DNA of 46,955 nucleotides from a virus. Numbering within the stretch: position 1 is the first letter of the stretch; each line of letters opens with the position of its first letter. Below, piece after piece: positions 7,963 through 16,754 of the stretch. A program made the position numbers and the translations under genes. The DNA is taken from UHGV virus genome UHGV-2105699; one strand, given 5' to 3'. The notes under the pieces are model-generated. The model was not told the DNA's origin, searched no databases, and saw nothing but the letters and a program-made list of their open reading frames with translations.

Positions 7963-8240
7963 AGCATAAATCAGGAACTGTGCTGTTTGTCACCAGCTGT
8001 GAGCGCACAGCCAATAATCGCAGAGAGATGGGGTGGATAGTGGAGGAGGTGAATGTGAGCAAACCAAAAAGCGCATTAATTAAAATTACATGGCACGACG
8101 ACACAGTTAGCCAGTGGCATGCAGATTCATTCAGAGAGGGTGAGCACTCCATTGAAATGAATATTGGTGGATGCATCGTTTGCATCCCCTGGAGGTTATA
8201 CAAAGATGGCGAAGTCAAACATTTGGATGTGGAGTCGTAA
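7950..8240 (+). CDS. hypothetical protein (96 aa)
   Basis: ORF in early-gene run; no motif. Confidence 0.4.
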   Translation: MWAVKHKSGTVLFVTSCERTANNRREMGWIVEEVNVSKPKSALIKITWHDDTVSQWHADSFREGEHSIEMNIGGCIVCIPWRLYKDGEVKHLDVES

Positions 8241-8585
8241 ATGAAACTACAACTTAACGAAATCATGGAAGCAACAATTAGCGAGCTTGACTCATGGGAT
8301 ATGATGCTTGCCTTTGAAATCGAAGCTATCGAGCGCCAGCTCTCCGGGAATCATGATGCAGGCAGGGTATGGAAAGAGAAGGCCATGAAAGCGCGTGACC
8401 ATATGAAGCGCACCCGCGCGCTGGTTCGCACTCGCCTTGATAAGCTCTACTACGGCGAAGAAAGAATGTTGCATGGCGCCATTCTTGCTGAAATCCGCAA
8501 GACGATGCCCATCGGGAAATTCATGGATGCAGTAAACCGCGCAAAAATTAACTGCGGAATGCTAAATAAGAATAGTCCTCAATAA
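8241..8585 (+). CDS. hypothetical protein (114 aa)
   Basis: SD GGAGTCG upstream; no motif. Confidence 0.5.
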   Translation: MKLQLNEIMEATISELDSWDMMLAFEIEAIERQLSGNHDAGRVWKEKAMKARDHMKRTRALVRTRLDKLYYGEERMLHGAILAEIRKTMPIGKFMDAVNRAKINCGMLNKNSPQ

Positions 8586-8629
8586 ATCTTCATCATTGGC
8601 TGTTACCTTGCACTCAGGAGGTAGCAGCC

Positions 8630-8752
8630 ATGCCAATCATACTGATATCATTCTTTGCTACTCTTTTTGCTTTTACCGCGTCTCCGCTTTACCTTCTTGC
8701 GTCCGTTTCGTGGTGCATATTCATGGTGTGTTATAATCCGGGCATAAAGTAA
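8630..8752 (+). CDS. possible small hydrophobic peptide (40 aa, MPIILISFFATLFAFTASPLYLLASVSWCIFMVCYNPGIK)
   Basis: Near-consensus SD AGGAGGT 7 nt upstream of ATG 8630; single TM-like segment; below ORF-track size cutoff. Confidence 0.3.
   Translation: MPIILISFFATLFAFTASPLYLLASVSWCIFMVCYNPGIK
8706..8737 (+). promoter_or_regulatory. candidate extended -10 promoter (TGtTATAAT, 8729-8737) for the head gene block
   Basis: TATAAT at 8732-8737 preceded by TG at 8729-8730; 30 nt upstream of scaffold gene start. Confidence 0.3.
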
Positions 8753-8767
8753 GCGCGGAGAAAGGTC

Positions 8768-10168
8768 ATGATTGTCAAAATTGGCGACAAGTGGGTCGTT
8801 AAATCTAAGGATGGCTCGCACCAGTTTGGCGAGTACGACACCGAAGAGGCGGCGAAAAAGCGCCTTGCTGAGGTGGAGGCATTTAAGCACATGAATAATA
8901 AATTACAGGTTAACATCCTGTACACCATCAACTCAGCCAGCAACATCAGTGAAAAAATCATTGATGGCGACCCGCATTATGTCATCAAGAATGTTGTTCC
9001 GGTGGTGGATGATATTGTCATGAACGGCGGCCTGTACCCTGGCGATGAGATTAAAAAATCATTCCATGGCCTTGACGGTAAACCGGCGCCATATGACCAC
9101 CCGAAGATTGATGGCAAATATGTGTCAGCCAACATGACGCGAGCCGCCAATCAGTTCAGCGTTGGTGCATGGATTGAGAACTCATCTCATGACGGCAGCA
9201 AAGCACTGGTAGACCTTTATATTAACAAGGTGGTAGCTGAGCGCTCTGATAAAGGCAGGGAATTGCTGTCGCGCATTGACGGACTCAAAGTTAACAGCGC
9301 CGATGCTGAACCTGTTCAGGTGTCTACCGGATTGCTACTTAACCGCGAGCAGGCATCAGGAACCTCCAAGGGTAAAAAATATTCCTGGATTGCCCGGAAT
9401 ATGGAATGGGATCACCTCGCTATTCTTCCGCCTGGTATTCCCGGTGCTGGTGGCCCTGCTGATGGTGTCGGTATCTTTGCTGCTAACGGCGAAGACATTG
9501 AGCGTGTTGTGGTTAATCTTGAGGAATCGGCAATGACCGACGAAAGTGCAAACAAAATCAAATGGTGGCAGCGCGCCATCAATCGCCTGACTGGCAATCA
9601 ACTGTCATTCACCGATATTACCGAGCAGCTCCGCAATATCATCAAGGACGAGACTCAGGCTGATGTATGGCCTTATATCGTCGCTGTTTATGATAATTAC
9701 TTCGGCGTTGAGATTGACGGCACCATTTATATGCAGTCCTACATCGTCCGCGAGGATATGGTAGAATTAGTCGGTGAACGGGTTAAGGCTGTTTATAAGA
9801 CAGAGCTTGAACCGGTAAAAACAACTCAAGGGGAAATCTCAATGACTAACGAGGAATTACAGGCTGTATTAGCCGATGCCCTCAAACCGGTTCAGGAATC
9901 GTTGACCGCAGTCAACCAGAAACTGGCCGATGTGGAGGCGCAAAACAAAACTCTGCGCGACCAGCTGCAAGCCAATGCTGCGCAGGAAGAAACCGCAATG
10001 CGCGCCGCCATTATGGCTGAGCTGAAGTTGCCGGAATCTGCTGTTAATGCGCTGACTGGCGAAGCACTGCGTGAAACCTATGCGCTCACCAGTAAAGCGG
10101 CTCCGATTTCCGGCGGGTTCCAGCCGAACCGTGCCGAAGAAGATTTTGATATGGAGGCACCTGAATAA
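8768..10168 (+). CDS. head scaffolding protein (possibly with N-terminal prohead-processing domain)
   Basis: 466 aa; C-terminal third is coiled-coil, Ala/Gln/Glu-rich (typical scaffold); positioned directly before decoration and major capsid genes; SD GGAGAAAGG. Confidence 0.45.
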   Translation: MIVKIGDKWVVKSKDGSHQFGEYDTEEAAKKRLAEVEAFKHMNNKLQVNILYTINSASNISEKIIDGDPHYVIKNVVPVVDDIVMNGGLYPGDEIKKSFHGLDGKPAPYDHPKIDGKYVSANMTRAANQFSVGAWIENSSHDGSKALVDLYINKVVAERSDKGRELLSRIDGLKVNSADAEPVQVSTGLLLNREQASGTSKGKKYSWIARNMEWDHLAILPPGIPGAGGPADGVGIFAANGEDIERVVVNLEESAMTDESANKIKWWQRAINRLTGNQLSFTDITEQLRNIIKDETQADVWPYIVAVYDNYFGVEIDGTIYMQSYIVREDMVELVGERVKAVYKTELEPVKTTQGEISMTNEELQAVLADALKPVQESLTAVNQKLADVEAQNKTLRDQLQANAAQEETAMRAAIMAELKLPESAVNALTGEALRETYALTSKAAPISGGFQPNRAEEDFDMEAPE

Positions 10169-10632
10169 TGGCTACTATCCGTTATGGCACCATCATCGGC
10201 GGCCCGGCCCGCAAAAATGACCCGCAGTTGCGCGAAGGCCTGATGAACACCGCCCTGCAACCGGGCGCGCTGGTCGATTTCGACTCCTCTGACAAAATCA
10301 TCGCGCATGCGACTGCTGGCGGTCATGGTTTCCCTTACGTTCTGCAACACAACTATGTTGGCGGCGGCGACGTGAGCGAAGCTGTACCGGCGAATGCTAC
10401 CGGCATGGCAGTACAGTGCGAATTTGGCGTAACGTATCACGCTCTGGTTGCGGCATCCTCCGCGCTGGTAAAAGGTACTCTGCTGGCAAGCGATGGCTCC
10501 GGCGCGTTAAAGGTTGCAGAAGCAGGAGAAAATATCCTGTTTTATGCGTATGAAGCCTACACCGTAGCATCTGATGGCGCTGAACTCGTTGCAGTTCGTC
10601 GTGCTGGCAATGCTGCAATGCCTGCGGCGTAA
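10168..10632 (+). CDS. head decoration protein (lambda gpD-like by position and composition)
   Basis: 154 aa Gly/Ala-rich beta-type protein located between scaffold and MCP, the position of gpD in lambda-like head modules. Confidence 0.45.
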   Translation: MATIRYGTIIGGPARKNDPQLREGLMNTALQPGALVDFDSSDKIIAHATAGGHGFPYVLQHNYVGGGDVSEAVPANATGMAVQCEFGVTYHALVAASSALVKGTLLASDGSGALKVAEAGENILFYAYEAYTVASDGAELVAVRRAGNAAMPAA

Positions 10633-10643
10633 GGAGCCGAACA

Positions 10644-11732
10644 ATGGAAAAGATTATCTTTACGAAAGGCTTAATCACCAACTCGCAGGTGGTTAAAGAG
10701 CAATGGCGCCACCTGACTGTTGACCGCAAGGTTTTCATCAATGGTGAAAACGCTCTGGCGAAAGAATACGGCGTGAATGCCACCGCACTGGTAACGAAAG
10801 ACTACTGGCGCGAAGTGGATGACGTGACCACCCGTGTATTCCGCAACGAGTCCGGCATGGACATGATGGCCGACCTGATGACGCTGGCGACCAACATCAA
10901 CATCGGTAAGACCGTGGCAATCAGCCGCATGGCTTCCGATGCTGGTAAGGTTGTGCGCACCATCTCCGGGCAGGAGCCTGAAGACCTGGATAAAACCAGC
11001 TATTCCTACAGCGGCGATGTAATCCCGATCTTCAAAACCGGTTATGGCCGCGAGTGGCGTGAGCTGCTGGGCATGCAGTCTGAAGGTTTCGACCCGCTGA
11101 TTGATGACCAGGAAAGCACCACCTTCAACCTGCGCGCAGACATGGCGGATTATCTGCTGGTCGGCGATGCAAGCCTGAACGTGAACGGCGTTTATACTGC
11201 TTACGGCATCACCAACCACCCGAACACCGTGCAGCTTAACCTGAGTGCCTCCGGTACTGGCGCGCTGAACATCGACCTGCAAACTGCAACCCCTGATGAA
11301 ATCGTTAAGTTCTTCAACCAGGATTTCCAGGCGGTTCTGGATGCGCAGAATGTGTTCGAGCCGGTTACTCTGTGGGTTTCTCCGTCTGTGCGCCGTTCCT
11401 TCAGCCGCCCGTATTCCAACGCGGCAGGCTTCAAAGGCGGCACCATTGAGGATTATATCCTCGCATTCGGCAAAACCGGCAACGTTGGCCGCATCGCGTC
11501 TATCGGCACCAACTTCAAGCTGACCGGGAACCATTTCGTCGGCTATGTGAAGAATGCACTGTATATTCGCCCTCGCGTCGCTCAGCCGGTATCTACCTAT
11601 GCAGAGCCGCGTACCACGCCTCACGCTAACTTTAACTTTTTAACGTGGGCTGCTATGGGTCTACAGATACGCCGCGATTATAGTGGCAAGTCTAAGGTTT
11701 TCAACGGCTACGGCGCGCAAACCGCGCTGTAA
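10644..11732 (+). CDS. major capsid protein (HK97-fold by position/size)
   Basis: 362 aa ORF, high coding bias (creates a long antisense ORF), SD AAGGAG; followed by a strong terminator. Confidence 0.75.
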   Translation: MEKIIFTKGLITNSQVVKEQWRHLTVDRKVFINGENALAKEYGVNATALVTKDYWREVDDVTTRVFRNESGMDMMADLMTLATNINIGKTVAISRMASDAGKVVRTISGQEPEDLDKTSYSYSGDVIPIFKTGYGREWRELLGMQSEGFDPLIDDQESTTFNLRADMADYLLVGDASLNVNGVYTAYGITNHPNTVQLNLSASGTGALNIDLQTATPDEIVKFFNQDFQAVLDAQNVFEPVTLWVSPSVRRSFSRPYSNAAGFKGGTIEDYILAFGKTGNVGRIASIGTNFKLTGNHFVGYVKNALYIRPRVAQPVSTYAEPRTTPHANFNFLTWAAMGLQIRRDYSGKSKVFNGYGAQTAL

Positions 11733-11737
11733 AAATA

Positions 11738-11758
11738 AAGGGGCGAAAGCCCCTTTTA
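11738..11758 (+). terminator. rho-independent terminator after major capsid gene
   Basis: GGGGC-gaaa-GCCCC hairpin followed by TTTT. Confidence 0.75.
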
Positions 11759-11774
11759 ACTATCAGAGGTTATC

Positions 11775-11969
11775 ATGGCTAAATATGAAGTAATCGCCAG
11801 CGGAATCTTCGTCAAGGATAAAGACGGTCGTCTGCGCGAGCTTGCTATTGGCGATGTCATTGACGAATCCACTCCGCACATTGAGTCAAAACTTCGCCCG
11901 GTTAGTGAGAAAATTCTGGAAGTTGCAACTCCGCAAGAATCGCAGCCAAAGGCGAAGAAAACCAAGTAA
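11775..11969 (+). CDS. small protein (64 aa) flanked by two terminators
   Basis: SD GAGGTTATC-ATG; same 13-mer GGTTATCATGGCT as the next gene start. Confidence 0.5.
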   Translation: MAKYEVIASGIFVKDKDGRLRELAIGDVIDESTPHIESKLRPVSEKILEVATPQESQPKAKKTK

Positions 11970-11973
11970 AATA

Positions 11974-11999
11974 AACCCGCAAACAAGCGGGTTTTTTAT
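11974..11999 (+). terminator. rho-independent terminator
   Basis: ACCCGC-aaacaa-GCGGGT hairpin followed by TTTTTT. Confidence 0.75.
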
Positions 12000-12010
12000 T
12001 GGGGGTTATC

Positions 12011-12829
12011 ATGGCTGTCAGGTACGAAATAAACACAACTCCGGCTGACGGAGAGGTTTTGCTTAGCGAAACCATGTCAGCAGACTGGACTGCATTGCAG
12101 GTACAGATTGTGCCATTAAACTCTTCCGGCGGCTATGAGCCATTAACAAGCGGCTCTGTCTCCGTAATGGTATCGCCGTTTGCATCTGGTGACTTCTGGA
12201 TTGACGTCAACAATAATAATTATTATGGCGTGGCATTGCGACTGAAGGTGATCAAGTCACAGCTTCCTGCTGGCGTTGCATCCCTGAAAGTCCTGGTGTG
12301 GCGAGCCGATACATCAGTGCCATCAAGCCAGGTTGTCGCGCAGTCCTACTCGGAGCTTGCCAATAAGCAAGGAAAGCTATTCACCGCATCGCGTCGCGTG
12401 ACTGATGTTGCTGGCGGGGCTAACCTTGACAGTATTTTTATTACCGGTTCAAAACAGGTTGTGTTTAACCAGCGTATTATCGGATACACCGGAAAAGGTG
12501 TCGTGGCGTCAATCTACCGTGGAGCCGTAGCCACTGGCGGCACCGCTGCGGAGATTAATAACCCAAATGACATCGCGCCGCATACTGAAACAGCGCAGCT
12601 TCTGACTGGCTCTACGATTACAAGTATTGGGCAGCTGACGGTAGCCGCGACGTATAGTGAAGGGAACGCATCGAATCAGGGGCAGGGTAATTCGCAGGCA
12701 AAACTTGGTGAACAGGTCATCATGGCGCCTAATACTACATATCTGTTGCGCATCACATCCCTGGATACTGCGGCGCAAAATATCAATGCTTACGTTTCGT
12801 GGTTTGAGGATGACGCTTATCTTCCGTGA
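12011..12829 (+). CDS. hypothetical virion-associated protein (272 aa from ATG 12011)
   Basis: ORF track starts at TTG 11999; ATG 12011 preceded by GGGGGT SD. Ser/Thr/Gly/Val-rich beta-type composition. Confidence 0.5.
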   Translation: MAVRYEINTTPADGEVLLSETMSADWTALQVQIVPLNSSGGYEPLTSGSVSVMVSPFASGDFWIDVNNNNYYGVALRLKVIKSQLPAGVASLKVLVWRADTSVPSSQVVAQSYSELANKQGKLFTASRRVTDVAGGANLDSIFITGSKQVVFNQRIIGYTGKGVVASIYRGAVATGGTAAEINNPNDIAPHTETAQLLTGSTITSIGQLTVAATYSEGNASNQGQGNSQAKLGEQVIMAPNTTYLLRITSLDTAAQNINAYVSWFEDDAYLP

Positions 12830-12837
12830 TAAAAGAA

Positions 12838-12860
12838 AAACCCCGGAAGGGGCTTTGTTT
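12838..12860. terminator. bidirectional terminator between convergent genes
   Basis: CCCC-ggaa-GGGG hairpin with A-run upstream and CTTTGTTT downstream. Confidence 0.6.
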
Positions 12861-13137
12861 ACTGGCGCTCCTGTAACTTATCACGAAGCATACTTAAAGC
12901 ATCAACCATAACCTGAACGTGCCAAAGGTCCTTTTCCTCATAAGCCAGCTTATCCTTGCCAATTGAAGTCGTCACGCAAGTTGTGATTTTGTTTCTCATG
13001 ATGTCTGAGAGCTTCAGCAACTGCCTTTCATCACCACATTGCAAAACCAAATCCACAAGCTCGGTATATTCCTTGTTGTGTTCTTCGTAACTTCCTTTAA
13101 CCACTCCACAGCAAAGGCACCTTTTCATATCAGACAT
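12859..13137 (-). CDS. hypothetical Cys-rich protein (92 aa; CLCCG...C motifs)
   Basis: Last gene of leftward operon; N-terminal CxCC and additional Cys suggest metal binding. Confidence 0.45.
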   Translation of the reverse strand: MSDMKRCLCCGVVKGSYEEHNKEYTELVDLVLQCGDERQLLKLSDIMRNKITTCVTTSIGKDKLAYEEKDLWHVQVMVDALSMLRDKLQERQ

Positions 13138-13148
13138 TTTCTAGAGCC

Positions 13149-13478
13149 TCATTTGTGATCGCGAAGACTAACAAGGCCATCAATCAGCCGCTGAATTGAG
13201 GCGTTGTCTTTGAATGTGATATAAATTTCCGCCTCATCAATATCATCAACTTCATCGCCAGGTACCCCTCGATTTGTGCTATTCGCAATAGCTATTAACT
13301 TTTCACCATGGCAAGAGCCAAATTTAATGCCAACGTAACCATCGCCAAGACGGGCAACTTTTGAGCCGTCCTTCTGAGTAAAAACGCCATTCTTTTTCAT
13401 CACTAAATCCTCATCGGAATAGCTGCTATTTTTTGTTCTTGATGTAATGCTGCTTTGCAATATACAGCATCTCATCAA
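13149..13478 (-). CDS. hypothetical protein (109 aa; true start may be internal MKKNGVF)
   Basis: Leftward operon member. Confidence 0.4.
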   Translation of the reverse strand: MMRCCILQSSITSRTKNSSYSDEDLVMKKNGVFTQKDGSKVARLGDGYVGIKFGSCHGEKLIAIANSTNRGVPGDEVDDIDEAEIYITFKDNASIQRLIDGLVSLRDHK

Positions 13479-13626
13479 ATGATTTTCCGGTAACGCTTCG
13501 GCATTGTCGATAGTGTTGTAACGCAGCCTCTATGGCAGCGTTGTCGATACCTGGCAGTTTTTCGCGCAGGTTTTTCTCTATGAATTGTTCGGGGTTCATT
13601 ACCAACTCTCCACCACGTTTGCGCAT
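13426..13626 (-). CDS. hypothetical protein (66 aa)
   Basis: Leftward operon member, overlapping neighbours. Confidence 0.4.
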   Translation of the reverse strand: MRKRGGELVMNPEQFIEKNLREKLPGIDNAAIEAALQHYRQCRSVTGKSFDEMLYIAKQHYIKNKK

Positions 13627-13796
13627 TCATCATAAAATAAGAAATGCCTTGTTTTTTCTTCGTAACGCTTCATTTCAAATGCGATTATGTCCTCCTGATA
13701 GTGAATTTTCTCCACCTGGCGAGCCACGCCGTCTCGCATTAGGATGTGATTGCCTTCTTTTATGTTTTTTGCAGCAGTGCCAATTGTAATCATCAC
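13599..13796 (-). CDS. hypothetical protein (65 aa)
   Basis: Start overlaps ParB-like gene stop (ATGA). Confidence 0.4.
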   Translation of the reverse strand: MMITIGTAAKNIKEGNHILMRDGVARQVEKIHYQEDIIAFEMKRYEEKTRHFLFYDECANVVESW

Positions 13797-14644
13797 AGCT
13801 TCTCCAGAATCGCCAGCACTTCACTCAACTCAGCAGAAGGAAGGCGCAAAAATTCTTCTGTCTCCTGTGCCACATGGCCCTCAGCGACAACCATGTGATC
13901 TGCTTCTTTCAGCAACTGAATCAGGCGGTCAATCGGCTTAACTTTTTTGGCCTTGAGCGTTTTCGCCGTCACCTTATCTTTGCCCTGCGCTTTCGCTTCC
14001 TCAACGGCAGCATCAATAACGTTAACGGCATCATCGCCATGCTCACGCGCCACTGCAACGGCGTTGGCATAGCTGATTTGGCCTGCATTGATGCGTTGCT
14101 TGATAGCATCAGGCACATCACCAAGTGACAGGTGCATCTGCACATCAGAAACTGAGCGGCCTACTTTTTTGGCGATTTCTTCATTAGTCCATCCGAACCC
14201 TTTCAGGCGCACATAAGCCTTTGCGCGCTCAAGCGGGTCAAGCTGCTTGCCCTGACTTGAAGACACCATGAAGGCGATTTTATCTGCTTCATCGCCGGTA
14301 AAGTCTTTGCACTCAATGCGCGCAATTGGTACCCCTCGCTCAATGGCACGCAGTGCGCCAAGATAACGATGCTGGCCGTCAAGAATCTTAATGCGCTTTC
14401 CGTCAGCATCAGGAATAACAGTTAACGCCGGGATTGGCTGGCCTGATCCCCAGCACTGCGCGAAGTATTCAACGTGCTGCTCATCGGCTTCGCGGATGTT
14501 GTACCCCGGCTCAAGATAAAGCTGGTCTACAGGAACCTGATAACCTTTGTTGACCACGATTCCGCCGCGAGTTTCTTTGTCTGAGTAAATTTTTCCGAGA
14601 GATGTCATCTTTTCCTCACTTTGATAAACAGATTGCGCTGGCAA
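13793..14644 (-). CDS. ParB/Srx-like nuclease-domain protein with HTH
   Basis: ParB N-terminal box KILDGQHRYLGAL (DGxHR) and HTH-like EEIAKKVGRSVSDVQ; 283 aa. Confidence 0.7.
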   Translation of the reverse strand: MPAQSVYQSEEKMTSLGKIYSDKETRGGIVVNKGYQVPVDQLYLEPGYNIREADEQHVEYFAQCWGSGQPIPALTVIPDADGKRIKILDGQHRYLGALRAIERGVPIARIECKDFTGDEADKIAFMVSSSQGKQLDPLERAKAYVRLKGFGWTNEEIAKKVGRSVSDVQMHLSLGDVPDAIKQRINAGQISYANAVAVAREHGDDAVNVIDAAVEEAKAQGKDKVTAKTLKAKKVKPIDRLIQLLKEADHMVVAEGHVAQETEEFLRLPSAELSEVLAILEKL

Positions 14645-14809
14645 TGGCGAATCCGATAACGATTAATGCAAGTTTGATTTTGAAGTTGCGCCATGCTTTC
14701 AGGTCTTCTTTTCGGATTTCGTGGCGGATCATTGGGATTCTCCGAGCGCTTTGGCGATGGCGTTGCGGGTTTCTGCGTTTGCGTAACGTCTGGATAGGGT
14801 TATCATTTA

Positions 14810-15001
14810 TTATCCTTGGAATCCGTGAGAGTAAGCATAGTTATATGCGTCTTCTGAGTTATCAAAATACTCATAATCAGCCCATCCGTCGCGAATAAAC
14901 TGACAGCACCAATACGCCGGAATACCATCATCAGCAGCCTGATAAAATACATCCACAACTACGATTTCTGTATCACCTTCCATCTTCATCACCTCTAACA
15001 T
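14810..15001 (-). CDS. small acidic, aromatic-rich protein (63 aa), first gene of leftward operon
   Basis: Likely true start at internal MKMEGD with GAGGTG SD; many D/E/Y/W residues. Confidence 0.45.
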   Translation of the reverse strand: MLEVMKMEGDTEIVVVDVFYQAADDGIPAYWCCQFIRDGWADYEYFDNSEDAYNYAYSHGFQG

Positions 15002-15009
15002 TTATTGTT

Positions 15010-15056
15010 GTTTCTACGTCATCACTATAGCGACACCCTCAATCTACGTCAACACT
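15010..15056 (-). promoter_or_regulatory. sigma70-type leftward promoter TTGACG-N17-TATAGT with conserved TAGATTGAGGG spacer start, followed by a second motif copy (TGACGTAGAAACA) at the transcript start
   Basis: Minus strand reads TTGACG (15052-15047), 17-nt spacer tagattgagggtgtcgc, then TATAGT (15029-15024); second copy ttctacgtca at 15012-15021. Confidence 0.55.
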
Positions 15057-15213
15057 TTATGATAAAATTAAACCAACAACACTCACCCCGCGCTGTTCCG
15101 TCCTGAAAAACGTAAGGCGGCGAAATTGGATATAGCAATCGGCGTTATCGTCATAGCGTTTTCGCTGGTTCAGGTGTACAGATGCTGGAAGTTCATCATT
15201 CGGAGAATAATTA

Positions 15214-15501
15214 ATGAGAGACGCGCTTCAGCACGCCGCAAACCAGATAATTAGTGGCACTGTCGGCCAGGTAATCGACAAAGCCGGTTATACATCCATC
15301 GGCACGGGTCTTGGCCTGAAGGTGGCAGAGCAGACGCCGGTCGCACAATCATACATTGCCGCAATGATCCCCCATTCGATTACCGAGTGGGCAGCGGTAG
15401 CCTCTATACTTGGCGCGCTGTCACTGGTGGCAAAAAACCTTTTTGAGATGTGGTGGAAGATTCGGGAGAGCAAAAAGAATGGCAGCACCGACAGCAAGTG
15501 A
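15214..15501 (+). CDS. hypothetical protein (95 aa)
   Basis: SD GGAGAATAATTAATG; first rightward gene after the divergent promoter. Confidence 0.4.
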   Translation: MRDALQHAANQIISGTVGQVIDKAGYTSIGTGLGLKVAEQTPVAQSYIAAMIPHSITEWAAVASILGALSLVAKNLFEMWWKIRESKKNGSTDSK

Positions 15502-15871
15502 ACTTGTCGCCGCCATGGCGTCAAGAGGCGTAACTATCACCACGGCGGACGCAACGGGCATCCTGTGTCTGGTGGCGAGCATCACAGAGTGCCTTGAGCT
15601 TAATTACCCTGAAGACACATGCAGGCAGGATGCAATTCTGCTATGGGCATCTATCCTGATTGCCTCAAATACTGCCGGGAGATACATCACCAGCCACCGG
15701 GCGCCATCTGGTGCGTCGCAATCATTTGGCTATGGAAGCAAGCCGTGGATGGCCCTTTACAATCAGATGAAACTACTCGATACGGCAGACTGCACAGGCG
15801 ACCTTGTGGAAGAGCCTGATGGAAGTGCAAAGCCGTGGTTTCGGGTTGTTACCGGGAGTAAGTGCAAATGA
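15479..15871 (+). CDS. hypothetical structural/assembly protein (130 aa from ATG 15479)
   Basis: ORF track 15410..15871; internal ATG 15479 (MAAPTASEL) overlaps upstream gene end; position before head-tail joining genes. Confidence 0.4.
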   Translation: MAAPTASELVAAMASRGVTITTADATGILCLVASITECLELNYPEDTCRQDAILLWASILIASNTAGRYITSHRAPSGASQSFGYGSKPWMALYNQMKLLDTADCTGDLVEEPDGSAKPWFRVVTGSKCK

Positions 15872-15989
15872 AAACGTTAACATTAACTGTAAATATCGCA
15901 ATCCGTAAATGGTGCATGCCGTTGCTGGTTATTCTGGTATTGCTGCGCCTTCCTGTTCCGCGCTGGGTTTATACTCTTGAGGCCGCGCC

Positions 15990-16334
15990 ATGTCAGCAAT
16001 AGCGAGATGGAGCTATACGCAGCCATGCACAATCTGGCGGCTTACTGGCAAGGATAAGTATGGCAAGCCGACATTCGCTGCGCCAGAATCCATCATGTGT
16101 GATTATGGCTTCGATAAGAATCTGACCACCGGGACTGCTGGCAATGAGATCGCACAGAAAAACACATTCTGGACGGAATATCAGAATGCGTCTGTTGGCG
16201 ACTTCATCATGCTTGGCACCATTACCAGTGCTGACCCGCTGACCGCCGGAGCTGACCAGATTAGAAACGTAGTGAATTACGGCAATACGTTAGACCGCAA
16301 TGACCTGCCTGATTTTGCGCTGGTAACGGGGTAA
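15990..16334 (+). CDS. putative head-tail joining protein
   Basis: 114 aa ORF in conserved position between head and tail modules. Confidence 0.35.
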   Translation: MSAIARWSYTQPCTIWRLTGKDKYGKPTFAAPESIMCDYGFDKNLTTGTAGNEIAQKNTFWTEYQNASVGDFIMLGTITSADPLTAGADQIRNVVNYGNTLDRNDLPDFALVTG

Positions 16335-16337
16335 TGT

Positions 16338-16754
16338 ATGGCCGCCAAAATGCGAGGTATCCAGCAGGCGATTAAGCGCACTCAGCAGATAGTCGGCGAG
16401 ATTACTGGAGAAAAGGCTGTGCGGGCCATAAAGAGCGCCAACTTTATTATCCGTACTGAAGCAGCCAGCATGACTCCAATAGCCACATCAACGCTGATAA
16501 ACAGCCAGTATGACACCGTTGAGGTTAATGGCACTCGCATAACTGGAAAGATTGGATATGCTGCTAATTACGCCCTGTATGTCCATAATGCACCTGGTAC
16601 GCTGCTGGGTACGAATACGCCGCGCACAGGGCGGCTCAAAGGAAAGGGCAACGTATGGGATAAGAGCGGTGAGCCTAAATTCCTTCTCAAGGCTGGCGAA
16701 AATACACGCGAGCTTGTCGATCAGGTAATTAAAAAAGAGATGACGCTAAAATGA
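16338..16754 (+). CDS. HK97 gp10-like head-tail joining / tail component protein
   Basis: 138 aa; KIGYAANYALYVHNAPG resembles the conserved YA..YVE.G element of gp10-like proteins. Confidence 0.4.
   Translation: MAAKMRGIQQAIKRTQQIVGEITGEKAVRAIKSANFIIRTEAASMTPIATSTLINSQYDTVEVNGTRITGKIGYAANYALYVHNAPGTLLGTNTPRTGRLKGKGNVWDKSGEPKFLLKAGENTRELVDQVIKKEMTLK

Noticed and set aside
10671-11624. 317-aa antisense ORF inside the major capsid gene (and similar antisense ORFs inside TMP, scaffold, J, helicase, e.g. 34623..34982)
   Set aside because: Arg/Gly/Ala-rich low-complexity translations typical of antisense frames of GC-biased highly expressed genes; no start context.
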